The notes beneath the pieces are model-generated. The model saw only the letters and a list, made by a program, of their open reading frames with translations, was not told the origin of the DNA and searched no databases. The position numbers and the translations under genes were made by a program. A DNA stretch of 63,939 nt, filler included, from Licmophora abbreviata (Eukaryota): NCBI GenBank assembly GCA_900291995.1. It is 6 parts of 6 records of this genome, joined end to end, with 100 filler letters (N's around TTAATTAATTAA, not from the genome) between each part and the next. Parts side by side here need not be neighbours in the genome. Positions count along the whole stretch, not along the records: positions 1 to 15,894 come from OLMU01000956.1; positions 15,995 to 23,094 come from OLMU01000957.1; positions 23,195 to 54,974 come from OLMU01000958.1; 3 more parts are not named here. One strand, written 5' to 3'. Positions 12,239 to 24,509 of the stretch are shown piece by piece. Numbering within the stretch: position 1 is the stretch's first letter; every line of letters begins with the position of its first letter.

Positions 12239-14718
12239 ATGATGGAAGCGTGGTTCTTTCAACTGGTCACCATTTCGACTTTGATACTGTCAGCAAAAGC
12301 CTTTCAGCCCGTGGTGAACAGGAATGGAGTGCTTTCCGTGTATGCTCCTGCTCAGCGGATGGCGACGGTTCAAGAGGTACGCGCACCTGTGGGTTGATTG
12401 TCTTTTTTCTGTTCTTGTCAACACTACCTGTCTCGCAACGAGCGTTTCACTCATTCCCTCCGTATCTGTCGTAGGAGGACCGAATGACAAAGGACGACGA
12501 AGACGTTCTCTTTGGCGAGTCGACAGGATCACGTCCTCCATTCCCTGGAAAGCACCGCAAGATTTCGCGAACCGGCAACATTCTGGAGGACACTGTCGCG
12601 CCCGCGAACGCTTTGGATCATTCCACAACTAATCCGCTCATCAACAAATTGCATACAATTCGGGAAACCCTAACCACTTGTCCTCAGATATGGTCGGAAC
12701 TTGCCAAACACTGTCCCAACAAACGAGCCATCATGGACGAACACATGTGTGATACTACCATTCATTTGACGTTCGCTGAAATGGACGAGGTGGTGCGAAA
12801 GAGCGCCGCAGTGTTTACGGAGCTGGGAGTGAAGAAGGGTGTCAATGTTGCTGTTCTGGGAGAAAATTCAGCGCGTTGGCTCATGGTGGATCACGGCATC
12901 CAATTGGCTGGTGGCGTGTCGGCAGTACGAGGAGCCGATGCTCCTGTCGACGAGCTTCGATACATCTACGAGCACTCGGACAGTGCGGAGATCGCGGTCT
13001 TGCAGGGTCCTCGCTTACTGAAGAAACTTGCAAGCGGTGCCAGAGCTAAAGGTGCGACGGGAAGCAAAATTGGACTGTCGAATCCAGCTCATGGGCCCGT
13101 TCGGACGGTGATTCTAATGCATCGCGAAAAGACGACGGATGTAGAACTCGCCAAGCTGGAGTCTGAGTTGGGAGTGAAGCTGTATGTGTTTGCCGACTTG
13201 GTGGAAGCGACAGCTCCCCTTTCTCCTGAACGTATCCCCAACGTCAGTGGAGACGATCTTGCCACAATTGTGTATACTTCTGGAACAACTGGCAATCCTA
13301 AAGGCGTGATGCTAACCCACAACAACATAATTCACCAAATGCAACATCGCTTGGGACCTACTCTGCCATACGAGGAATCGGATCCTCTTCCAGACGAAGT
13401 GATGCTTTCCATTCTGCCTGTCTGGCATATCACTGAACGTACTTTTGAACTTTGGATGTTCTCACGGGGCTGCTCAGTAGTCTACTCGTCGATCCGAACC
13501 TTCAAGAACGACTTGGCCAAGCACAAGCCACAGTGGATCGTACTGGTGCCTCGTGTGCTGGAAAAGGTGGCGTTGGGCGTCCAAGCCAAGTTTTCCTCGG
13601 GCAGTGCGGCAGTGAAGGCTCTCTCGAAACTGTTCACCATGACGGGGTCGGCGCGCGCTAAGCATACAAAGATTCGAAATGGCTTGGTGCTGGGCGCCGA
13701 GAAGCCCGATGCCCTGCAGAAGCTTCGGAGCAAACTAGTCGTATCATTGTTGGCTCCCTTAAATGCCGCTGGAGACAAACTAGTGTGGAGCAAAGTCAAG
13801 GATGGTTTTGGCGGTCGTCTCAAGGCTATTATTGGAGGTGGATCGGCGTTAGCAGGATCCCTTGAGTCCTTTTATGAAACCAGTGGACTGCCTGTTTTGA
13901 TTGGGTTTGGGTTGACAGAGTGTTCTCCTCTGATTTCATTCCGTCGCATTGATAGCAATCTTGTTACAGCCGGATGCGCTGGACAAGCTTGCTACGATAC
14001 GGAGCTACGTATCGTCGACCCCGACACTCCTAGCGGCGACAACGAACGCCCAGGGTTACCGGATGGCACGACGGGTGTGATTGTCGGAAGGGGGCCACAA
14101 GTGACGCAGGGATACTACAAGGATCCAATGAATACCGCCAAGGCGATTGATCGATATGGTTGGTTCGATACAGGCGATCTTGGCTACATTAATCCCGCGA
14201 CAGGCGACCTGATTATTACGGGGCGGGCCAAGGACACAATTGTCTTATCGAATGGCGAGAACATTGAGCCAGTGCCGCTGGAAGACGCAATCCTGGGAGA
14301 ATCGCCTCTAATAGAGCAAGTCATGCTGGTCGGACAAGACGGACGGCGCCTGGTTGCGATTGCTGTATTAATGCCGCAAGAGTTGGCCAATGCGGGATAC
14401 CTGGACGAAAGCAGTGCCAAGAAACTGCAAGGGCCGTACGACAAGCTCAATGACCCCAAGTGTAGTGAGGAAGAAGGCGAAGAGGCGTGCCAGATACTGA
14501 ATGCCGCTGTTGAAGAGCTACGACAAAATGAAGAGTTGAGTGCCAACTTAAGGGCAGCGGCACGAAAAGCAACGTCCCCTTTCCGTAAATGGGAGCAAGT
14601 GAGCGATGTGTACTTGACACTCGAACCCTTCGCCATGGCGAATGGGCAGCTTACACAGAGCTACAAGGTGAAGCGACCAAGCGTGATGGGGCGATACAAG
14701 GATGAATTGCCTTCGTAG
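12239..14718 (+). CDS. Plastid-targeted long-chain acyl-CoA / acyl-ACP synthetase (AMP-binding), 2 exons
   Basis: IVYTSGTTGNPKG, GFGLTE, GWFDTGDLG and ITGRAKDTIVLSNGENIEP. Exon 1 encodes a signal peptide + AKA-FQP; intron about 12377-12473. Confidence 0.9.
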
Positions 14719-14889
14719 GATGGTACCGAAGACGAGGTACACGGATGCACGAGTCGTGCTGCCATGATAGTGTAAAGAGAAGTAAACGATGTGAAAATGT
14801 GTGGACCTATTGGCCTGCTCTAGTGTATCATACGAAGAATGAAATTAGTGCGTGTGAGCTATTGGCCACAAGAAAGGATTGGAGCCAAG

Positions 14890-15549
14890 TCATCTCCGCC
14901 GCTCGACGCGTTCGTCTAAGAGCACCATGGTCTCCGAAAAGCGAGTAACGAGTGCGTGATATTGGTCTACGAGTGAGTCGACACGACGCGAAAGGACCTG
15001 CGCTCGTTGCTGCACGTTACCGATCTGCGACGTTACCTCCTCCAGTCGTGCGCGATCTTGTGGCTTCACGGAGACCTCGGTTAATACTGGGGCCTGCGTC
15101 ACTTGTTCCTCTCGTATTTTTCCATCGCTACCGCCACCGCCATTCTGGGAAATCAGGAGCGTGCTGAGAATAACTTGGAGTTCTTTCATGTCTCCTTTGA
15201 AGGAGTCTGCCGATGCGAGAACTTCTTGTCTTCGATAGAGGATGGGGTAGTTCTTGCTGGAGAGAGGCCGATAGGAGAGACTGTCGCCTGGATGAACGTC
15301 GTGTAGTAGTTTGGTGGCGTCGTCAAACACAGAGTTGAAAGACTTTGACGTGGTGAGTTTCCACAGGGTCTCCAGCCCCGTCAGGCGATGATCGAGGTCA
15401 ACTGACGTTGCCTCTGACGGCAGCGCTTTGGAACTTGTACCAGAATTCGACCGAGACTCTTCGTCGCTAGAAGCTAACAAGAAGTCCTCCACACCGACGA
15501 GTCTCTCCAGCGCTGCTACACGTGCCTCCAACGACGACGCGGTACTCAT
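14890..15549 (-). CDS. DCTN3: Dynactin subunit 3 (p22)-like coiled-coil protein
   Basis: N-terminal LEARVAALERLVG and C-terminal VDSLVDQYHALVTRFSETMVLLD resemble the p22 pattern; ATG at 15549. Confidence 0.55.
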   Translation of the reverse strand: MSTASSLEARVAALERLVGVEDFLLASSDEESRSNSGTSSKALPSEATSVDLDHRLTGLETLWKLTTSKSFNSVFDDATKLLHDVHPGDSLSYRPLSSKNYPILYRRQEVLASADSFKGDMKELQVILSTLLISQNGGGGSDGKIREEQVTQAPVLTEVSVKPQDRARLEEVTSQIGNVQQRAQVLSRRVDSLVDQYHALVTRFSETMVLLDERVERRR

Positions 15550-15894
15550 GGCGCGAACAAATTCACAAAGCAACCTACAGCGCAGCAGGAGGGTGCGGTA
15601 GCAAGGACAAGGACAAGGACGATAAATAGTCAGGATGCATTGAACACTAGATTGCTTCCAGTGTTGGTGACTAGTGGTCAGTCGCACCCCTTCAGCAGGT
15701 ATGTTGTGGAGTTCGTGCTGGGGTTCGCAAATCAAATTGGCTTGGCGCGCGTGATGTGAAGTTTCGAAGTTTCGAATCTGATGGCGTCTCGATGACAATT
15801 TCTTTGCGGTTTATTTCAACGTTCTGACTCGTTTCCGCCCCGAATGCTTCGCAGTTTCCTTCGTTTGTCACTTCCATATCTGAACGGAGCCATC

Positions 15895-15994
15895 NNNNNN
15901 NNNNNNNNNNNNNNNNNNNNNNNNNNNNNNNNNNNNNNTTAATTAATTAANNNNNNNNNNNNNNNNNNNNNNNNNNNNNNNNNNNNNNNNNNNN
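15895..15994. other. Artificial contig spacer
   Basis: 100 nt: N-run + TTAATTAATTAA (stops in all six frames) + N-run. Confidence 0.98.
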
Positions 15995-16006
15995 AGTTTC
16001 GCAAAA

Positions 16007-17404
16007 ATGACTTTTCAAGACGCGACTGAGGCAGCCCCTCCTTGGGTTGGCTATTTGTCTGCATTCGTATCCTGCCTCGCATTTGGGAGCTTTGCTGTCC
16101 CCATCAAAGGTCAAACTGCCAATCGAGTGCATATAGATCCTCTTGGTACGATCTTTCCACGTGTGTGTACAGGTAACGAACGTCAATATAGACGAAACAA
16201 ACTCACCCGGCTCAAACCATGGACTATCGCTGCGATACGTCCCTTATAGTCATGCAAACTTACAAGACGGTACTCTGCTTTCTAACAAGCTGGGTAGTTC
16301 TACTGCTTGGCGAGCGCTTTGTTTTGACACCTTGGGGTCTATTGTCGGGCCTCTTTTGGGTACCGGGTGGGACGGCTGGGATCTATGCTGTCCGTACAGC
16401 CGGACTTGCGGTCAGTCAAGGCATGTGGTCGACTTTAAAGATCATGGTACGTTCCGACCCTTTGCGAACGAAGGGACGAGCACTACAATTTCAATGATGG
16501 GGCAAATAAGGTTAACCCTCTCTTCTCGCCCCGACAAAAGGTTGCATTTGTGTGGGGAATGATTGTTTTTGACGAGCGCGTGCGTTCGCGAACCAACGCC
16601 AGTCTCGCAATTCTACTTTTGATGATAGGCTTATCGGGGATGAGCTACTTTTCTGGGTATTCGTCTATTAGAGGAAGGGAAGAAGAGTCGATTGCTGAAT
16701 CCTCAGGCCTGACAGGTGCCAACGACCTAGAAGAGCCCTTGCTACAGGATGACCAGACGGACGACTTTGCCGTAGCGGCAAGTAGGATGGACGACGCGGG
16801 CGACGAAGGCAACATCTCTCACGAGGAAGCTGAAGTAGGGTCCATGAATGAATCTGGGTCATCGCTCAGCGTGTCTGCTGAGCATAGACGACAATTTGGC
16901 ATCTCACTCACTCGACGGCAACTTGGAATGATGTGCGCCGTGATTGATGGCTTGTGGGGTGGAAGCATCCTTGTTCCCATGCACTACGCCGGCCGCGACG
17001 CCGAAGGCCTTGGCTATATCATTAGCTTTGCTGTGGGTGCGGCGATGGTACTATCCCTCATGTGGTGTTTACGGCTCACGTACAATGCATCTCTCGTTCG
17101 ATCATGGAACAGGGCTTACAACGAGCTGCCAAGCTTTCACCTCGGCTGCATGTGGCTCCCAGGAGGAGTGGCTGGCCTCTTGTGGAGCGTCGGGAACATA
17201 ACATCCGTGATCAGCGTTGCCTCGTTGGGAGAGTTGGTTGGATTTTCGATTGTTCAGGCTCAGCTCCTCGTTGCAGGCGCATGGGGCGTCCTTTGGTACC
17301 GCGAGGTCCAGGGCGGCAAGGGCATTGGCGGTTGGTTCCTGTGCGCTGGATTGACGCTGCTGGGCGTCGTTCTGCTAGGTCACGAGCACATAGAGTCGTC
17401 GTAA
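16007..17404 (+). CDS. TMEM144-like drug/metabolite-transporter superfamily protein, 3 exons
   Basis: FGSFAVPIK, WGLLSGLFWVPG, GGSILVPMHY, AGLLWSVGN and LVAGAWGVLWYRE; introns 16146-16249 and 16447-16540. Confidence 0.8.
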
Positions 17405-17611
17405 CTGTAACATCGACTTAATAAATCAACACGTGAGATTCTTCCTTAACTAGAAATAGCACGTGTTTCGTGTAGAGAAAGAGGAGTAAGCTAATGACGC
17501 GCTTTGCCATCACACCAAGGATGGCCTCAAACTCAAATTTCCCGCCCCGCTTAATATTCATGCGTAGGAGATCTCGCAATAGCTGCTGTCGCCACAAGCT
17601 CAAGTTGCTTC

Positions 17612-19300
17612 TTATCTCGGCGAATAGCGACCTGATGTTGCCTTGCTATTTCCACAGCTTTGGAGATCTACACAAATCACGGAAAAGTTGTCTGTCGAAC
17701 CGCAAGCCCTGTAGATAGAAATGGAGGCAAGGTAGCGATGTTAGCCACGCAGTCATGCAAATATGTACAACTCTACAACACACCATCCTGATGCTCCAAT
17801 ACACCACCCACTTACTTGGCATGATCGCAAAGATTCCGAGCTGCCCACTTGAAGCGGTCCGTGTCAATAACCAACTTCCCATTATCCATAACGCACGACG
17901 TAGCAATCACAATGTGCGCAGCCTCTTCATTGTCCAGTACGTCCCAAACGCCATCACTGGACATGATCAGGAACCAGTCGTCCTTGCCTATATCATATTC
18001 GCACACTTCCGGTTCCGCAGTAATGTAGGGTTTGAGGGAGGCATCGCCGACACTACGCGATACAGCCAGCAAACCCTCCACACGCCACCTGCCCCAGTAG
18101 ATGACACGCCCTCCCAGTTCGGAAATTCGCCTCGTCTCATCCGGCATGCCGGGTTTGTGGTCACGACTCAGTCGCACAACCGAGCCATCCTTGCGAACGA
18201 CAATCGCTCGGGAGTCGCCGGCGTTGGCACAGACGATCCTCCTGCCTCCCACGAGGGATACGGCACACGCCGTGCTGCCGTCGGGATATCCAGTACCGAC
18301 AAAGTCGTCGTCGATCGATGTGAAAGCGTTCTTCATGGCGTAGCCAAGATCGTGTGGGAAGGAATCCTCCATTTGAACATAGGAAGAGAGCCAATCGGCG
18401 CAGTACTGGCTGGCCTTTCCGCCTCCGTGGCCATCAAAGATACCAAACCAAGATAGCGGCATCTTGAGACGTCGGTTCTTTTTGGGTCCGAAAGTGACTT
18501 CGACTCCGTCCGAAGAAGGCGCGCGGACGGCGACAGGGCTAACCTCGACTTGTACAGATCCCAGGTCCTCAATGGCATATCTGCGGTTTAAGTGGAAAGT
18601 GGGGAAGCGAGAGCGCTCTGTGAGTCACCAGGTGCATCCATGTAGTAAGCTACACTGTGCACTCCATCGCACCGACAGACGTACCTATCCTCCATGTAAG
18701 GACGACGTCCACAATCGCTCCAATGGCTAACATTGATGCTGACCCCATTGGGACGCAATTCCCGACGCTCCATGACGGAGGGCCCATCGGGTTGATTGGC
18801 CGATCCATCTCCGACAGACGTTCGCAGTGAATAACGAACTCGTTCCATATCTGGGGGCAAGGATACGGGCGTTCGATTGAGGACATCGTCCAACTCTGAG
18901 GCGAGCGGCGAGGCGGAGCCGTCATGACGGTATCTTCCTCAACATCGTCGTCTGCGGATCCGTTCTTGAGAAAACGTGGCACCGACAGACAAGACTTGGC
19001 ACTCAAGCCTTTGACGCGAAGACAGTGCTGACGATAACTCTCGCCTGGATCGGAATCATAGGGATCAACGTCTTTCTCCACCTGTTTTTTCTTCTTGGGC
19101 GTCGTCGTCAGACCCTTGCCCTTGCTCTTATTCTGTCGACGTCTTCGACGATCAAACATTGACCCACGACCTGTGGACTCGGGAGCGCTGTTGGAGTCGT
19201 TGGCCTCGTCAAACGGTACCGAATCAGATAAAGTCATGGCATTGAGGGATTCCTCTGGCGGAATGGGCTGTGTCGCCTCGCGTCTCCGAAAGCGAGTCAT
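17612..19300 (-). CDS. Protein phosphatase 2C; two introns plus an apparent 1-nt frameshift near 18910
   Basis: GRRPYMEDR, FGIFDGHGG, GSTA, ANAGDSRA, DHKP, LAVSRSVGD, SDGVWDV and last exon GSTDNFSV. Confidence 0.9.
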
Positions 19301-20393
19301 GGTGTTTTTCGCGCAGTGTCGTGCTGTACAGTGAACTGGTCTATTCTTTCGACTTGTGATCACTTTGTATTCTGTCGAATGGAAGCGTCAAGCTGCGAGA
19401 GTCAAGAGTGCGAATGCGGTATCCGAGAGGGCCACACAGGCTGGTGTTACTAGTATGTTCTGTTTGATGTGCGTAGCCCAAATTTGTGTTCTGTATCCAA
19501 TCTGAATCTCCCGGGTCTGCTTCCGAGGATAGTTGCACGTCCGTGGAGTCCCCCAACACTGACGCGGGATCAAAAGAAGGAAGGGTGACCGTAAAAGTGA
19601 GTCGTACGTTGTGCACGCCGAGGAGAGGTGCAGAGCCCGCGGGGGAAGCAGTGCGTACCGAGACTCCGCGTAGAGTCTACGGCGCCGAGAATTGAAACAT
19701 ATTGGGGGCGTTTGCAAGGAGAAAACAGTCCCTGTCTCGTCTGTTTCGACTCACCTGTTCGCTAGAAGTGCCACGAGCCGTTGCGCTTCTCACACAAGAC
19801 GACAGGAGTCAATGAAAAGGATCCTAGACAGCGGCAGCGGCGTCTACAGTGACTGTATCTCTCACAAGAAAGTCGGTCACGCCGAGCAAGTGTGTGTTGC
19901 TGCTTTCCTCGCTCGCTCAACGCTTCAAAAGGCGCTTCTGAGGAAGCCTGCGCGCCAAAACTGTCTGGCTCTGGGATGGCGCGCCTCGCAATGAGGTATT
20001 CACACTCTTGCACGATATATGGAGAAGCCAACGGATGAATACTTACGCCCTCTACAAATGTTCAATGACTGGCTTGGAACGGTATCCAGCAACTAAGACC
20101 AGTATAAACATACAGAAAATGCAAGTCGTCACAAAATTGGCGTGGCAAGACTAAATTTTCAATCTTTCCTTTTCTCTACGTACGAGTATTCGTGTGAAAA
20201 CATCAGCGCGAGGACGTAACAGTGACGTTTGTCTGCGACATGGTGCAGATGCCAATGCGCAGCTGTGCAGCGACAACCACGGTCCGTGGAGAGACAGAGG
20301 GGACCATTCATTGACCACCGTTCGTCGCAGTGGACTACTACTCGTATAGCGCTAAGGAGCTTGAAAAAGTAGTTCCCAACTGACCTCCTCATC

Positions 20394-21149
20394 ATGCTGA
20401 CAGCCGTTACTACTCACCGTGGCAATAGCAGGATCATCATGCTAGCATCTCGTCTAGCACCATTACAATCATCAGCGGCGGTGACTCATCCTCCTGGCAA
20501 TCTGCTGTTCGCCCTCTCAACATCAACATCATCATCGTCATCCGTTACACTTCCTACACGACGATGGAAAACTACGATCGACTCGTCCCGCCCAGCAAGT
20601 CTTGTTTACGAAGGGCCCTTCGCTTCTCTCAGTCTCAAACTCAAACGAGTATCCATCGCCTCGGCCTTTGTCGGCGTCGTTGGCATTCCCATTCTCATTT
20701 ACATGCACACGGGGGACGTTCCTGCCATTGGTCAAGCGGCAGTCGGTGGGACCGCCATGTTGGGAGCGACAGGCTCCACCATGGCCATGAGCTTCTGCTT
20801 TTCGCCCTATATACATAAGCTAGAAAAGGTGCCAATACGAGAGTGTCATCGCGATGGCAGTGAAGGTGCAGTGGATGTAGAAGCAGAAGAAGACTTGGAG
20901 GGCAAGCGATTTCTCATTCGGGCGACAACACGAAACTTGTTGGCCATGAAGGTCGAAACTGTGTTTGACCCTGAGACGGATGTGGAACTGTACAAAGGGA
21001 TTCGGCCGTTTTGCAATTTTCTAGCCAAGGGCAGGCCCATGTATCTACACGCCGAGATTCTCGAGGATGACGAGCTACGCATGCAGCTAGTTGGCAATGT
21101 CGACTTGAACCCGAAAAAGGGAATAGACGATGAGGATGAGATTCTATAG
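20394..21149 (+). CDS. TMEM70-family mitochondrial membrane protein
   Basis: Ser/Arg-rich presequence, LVYEGPF...LKRVS, two TM segments, PYIHKL and RPFCNF. Confidence 0.65.
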   Translation: MLTAVTTHRGNSRIIMLASRLAPLQSSAAVTHPPGNLLFALSTSTSSSSSVTLPTRRWKTTIDSSRPASLVYEGPFASLSLKLKRVSIASAFVGVVGIPILIYMHTGDVPAIGQAAVGGTAMLGATGSTMAMSFCFSPYIHKLEKVPIRECHRDGSEGAVDVEAEEDLEGKRFLIRATTRNLLAMKVETVFDPETDVELYKGIRPFCNFLAKGRPMYLHAEILEDDELRMQLVGNVDLNPKKGIDDEDEIL

Positions 21150-21319
21150 TAATGTAGTAGGGCTACAATACACGATCCCTACAGTGTAGGAGTAGTAGGA
21201 AGCTTCTTCTCGTTGCATGTTGTCAAACTATCATGTTGCATGTCAAGCTTCTCCAGTGTCGCACTGCTCGCTTCTTCCATTGTATTGTACATTGTCTTTT
21301 GTCATCGTTCGTCTGTTCA

Positions 21320-23041
21320 TCAAAAACACGACCAAAATTGTTGATGCGCTGCCATGGTGGATCGAATGTTCTTGGCGGCAGCGGCGTCGATCAGATCCAA
21401 CACATTCTCACCATCGCGACCCGCCACATCGTCTCGAAGCTCCTTCTCGCTTCTCGCGGCACTCGTGGGGTCCAGTAGAGTCCTTACGACTTGCTCGACG
21501 CATTTGCCGAGAACGCTTCTGACATAGCCCCCTTCTAAAGTACAAACGACCTTGCCATCTGCCAACGTCATGAGTGCGCTCATCAACCGCCCAAAGCATT
21601 CCGGAGTCACGTTGCATTCGCCTACCGGTAGAGCAATGTGAGAGTGGAGGGCGGTCAGAGGGTTGTTGACTCGGGGATGTCGCCGGCATATTACAATGCC
21701 TTATTACACAACTTACCCATATCGCCTAGAGCGGCATCAAATCCAGCGCTAACCAAAACCAAATCTGGCTTATACTCGGCCGCTACGGGCAGCAGCAGCT
21801 CCTCCCACACCGCTAGATATTCATCGTCGCCCATCCCCTTCCGAGTCCATCCAACATTGATATTGTAACCAGCACCTTTGTCCGAGCCTACAAACGTTGG
21901 CCCGCCATTCTGTAAGAAAGGATAAAAGTTTCCACCATGCCAGCGATGGACCGAAAAGTATAGCACGTTTGGATCATTGCGAAAGATAGCCTGTGTCCCA
22001 TTTCCATGGTGCACGTCCCAGTCGACGATTAGCACTCGTTGGACTCCCAGCTTTGCTTGCGCATACGCCGCCGCCACAGCCACATTGTTCATGACACAGT
22101 ATCCCCCCGCTAGACCAGGCTCCGCGTGATGACCTGGCGGACGAATGACGGCAAATCCATTGTGCATGTCTCCCTGGACGACACTGGAAACAAGACGACA
22201 CAACGACGTGGCAGCCACCCGCGCTTCCTTGACGGAATCGGGTGTGAGGTAGATGGACTTGTACTGTTCGGCCTCACGGTCCAATCGATCACAACAAGAG
22301 CAGCTACTGAGCTTGTCGAGTCTGAGTCGTACACATGGCAACACATCAATGAGAATATCTGTTATGTAAAGTGCGAAAAATCACAGCATAGCACCGCGTC
22401 GTCGATGGAGACGAAAGTACGCACCTCTGCAAGTAACCTGGCAAATGAACGCGCAGGTAATCATCTTGCTCTAGAAATAGACTCTCTGGACTATCGCAAT
22501 TCTGTTTCTCCACCACACAACATCTTTGCTGCAAATCGCAGTGTTGCAGGTGTTGCAGGATGGTGGTTATCCTCGCCGGTCGTTCCTTGTGCAGTCGATT
22601 GTGGCGGTCAAAATGTTTCGCGCCGACCTCGAAGACAAGTCCCGTACGCAAATCGGTTGCTTCCGATATCCTCTTGGGCGGGTCGACGAGTGCGACGAGC
22701 CGATTGCCAAACTCCGGCAGCGCCTGGTGCCTCCCAATCCCCGCAAAGACTTCTGCGCCCTTGCCGATGGCAGCAGCACACTCTTCGTCGTCTTCAATGA
22801 AGAAGCCGTCGGATGCCTCGGACAGCGTCTCTGTCTCAGTCGCATACGGCGATGACGAAGTACGACGATGCTGCCGGAGTAGAAGCCTGTCCTTCTTTTC
22901 AGCTAAACTGACTTGGGAAGACGGCCTTGAGGCCAGCGGAGTGGTGGAGCCCTCTTGAATGGTGTCGATGCTAAAGAGCGACGAGCTTCGTCGCTTCATC
23001 TCTCCCCCCATGCACTGGTCGGACGCTATTCTTCGTTTCAT
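21320..23041 (-). CDS. Class II histone deacetylase, single catalytic domain, 3 exons
   Basis: HKERPARI, RPPGHHA, GYCVMNNVAVAA, IVDWDVHHGNGTQ, VLVSAGFDA and LEGGY; GT-AG introns join three ORFs. Confidence 0.92.
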
Positions 23042-23094
23042 GATCAAATTGAGAATGATTGAGGATCGGAGTGATGGCGCGGGAGCGGGAGGGA

Positions 23095-23194
23095 NNNNNN
23101 NNNNNNNNNNNNNNNNNNNNNNNNNNNNNNNNNNNNNNTTAATTAATTAANNNNNNNNNNNNNNNNNNNNNNNNNNNNNNNNNNNNNNNNNNNN
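23095..23194. other. Artificial contig spacer
   Basis: N-run + TTAATTAATTAA + N-run, 100 nt. Confidence 0.98.
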
Positions 23195-23584
23195 AAGGGC
23201 TCGACAGTCAATATCTGCCTGGATGGCGATGCTTCCAGAGACAAGGACACTGACTGTGCTTGCAGAATTGAATGCGTAGTACTCCTGCGGAAATAGAGTA
23301 AAAGTCGTGGTAGCTCTCTTTTCAGGTCTGCTTCTTATAGTAGAGATGCATCGCGTTCAACGTGTCTCGTTGTCGGCCGTGTTCTCACGGTCCATGAAGA
23401 ATCAGCACACAGACTCCAATGCGATTCAACGATGCATGATGGGCCCGCAGCTGATTGAACAGTATCGATTCATTGAATGGTTAACCTAGTTAGTTTAAGG
23501 CCCGCAGGCATCCAAGAAACAGCGAATCGGCCCGTCGACTTGTCGTCAACTCTTATTGCTGCACTTCGTAGGTGGCTTCCGTAG

Positions 23585-24145
23585 CTATGACGTCCCTTGT
23601 GCCACCTGAATCGCGTCCTTATACAGATCCAGTAGGACTTTGACAATCAAATGAAAGGTTTCAGAATCAAGCTGTCCCTTGTTGCTCGCCACACCATCAC
23701 TTCCCCCCGGCTGATTCTGCAGTAGTGATATAGCTAGCACTACAGGTGGACAAGGCGTTGTATCTCCTGGACTCCGCAACGACATGAGTTCGTCCGTCAC
23801 GCGACGACAAAGTACATGCAGCACTTCATCCTGCGGTCGCTGACCTCCTAGTAAAGCGTTCACGCTGTACCGCGCATTGTCGGGACTGTAATCCAGCAAG
23901 CTCTCTTCGACCTGACAGGACAGAATGGTGCCTACATGCGCGTTGCGCTGAGAAAGTCCCAGTGCGATGCGATCGGAGAACAGCTGTACCCAAGCATCTG
24001 TCGGGACAGAGCAAACCAGATAGGATCGTGTCAAGGAAGTGGGAAGCGATTGCGGCAAGGGAAGGTGCGTAGCAGCGGGAGTAGAGGACGACGAATCGTC
24101 ACCCTTGAGATTGGACGATTCCAATACCGCTGCGAGAGAGTCCAT
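23585..24145 (-). CDS. PSMG3: Proteasome assembly chaperone 3 (PAC3)-like
   Basis: Pattern FSDRI...SQ....GT..., NALLG, VVLAISL and a terminal helix, in a protein of matching size. Confidence 0.65.
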   Translation of the reverse strand: MDSLAAVLESSNLKGDDSSSSTPAATHLPLPQSLPTSLTRSYLVCSVPTDAWVQLFSDRIALGLSQRNAHVGTILSCQVEESLLDYSPDNARYSVNALLGGQRPQDEVLHVLCRRVTDELMSLRSPGDTTPCPPVVLAISLLQNQPGGSDGVASNKGQLDSETFHLIVKVLLDLYKDAIQVAQGTS

Positions 24146-24509
24146 TTCACTCTTTTGTTTTTACCAGCGACACTTTTGCAGGAATGTATCCTGGGGAGTC
24201 CAGTCTCGACTGTGTGTAGTGAGCAGTCTGGTGAGTGATGATGGTGACCTCGTCGCCGATGTCGCGTCGTCGTGGCTCATCATCGCGCGCACCGTTACTA
24301 ATTTGTTACACTCACAAAATTGGCGACAAAACGACGCCGCGTATCTTTTGGATCTTGTCAATGGTGATGCACGTCTCAACAATGATGCAAGTCTGAACTT
24401 CTTTGGAACTGTCTTTTGTAGTACTTACCTTCATTACACTGCATGATCTCCTGAATGCATTGTATCGCCTGAGGTTTTCAGTTTTGACCACGAACTCGTA
24501 ACCAAAACC

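Noticed and set aside
23195..23290. Possible minus-strand exon running into the contig edge
   Set aside because: Only about 30 open codons after an AG; too little to call.
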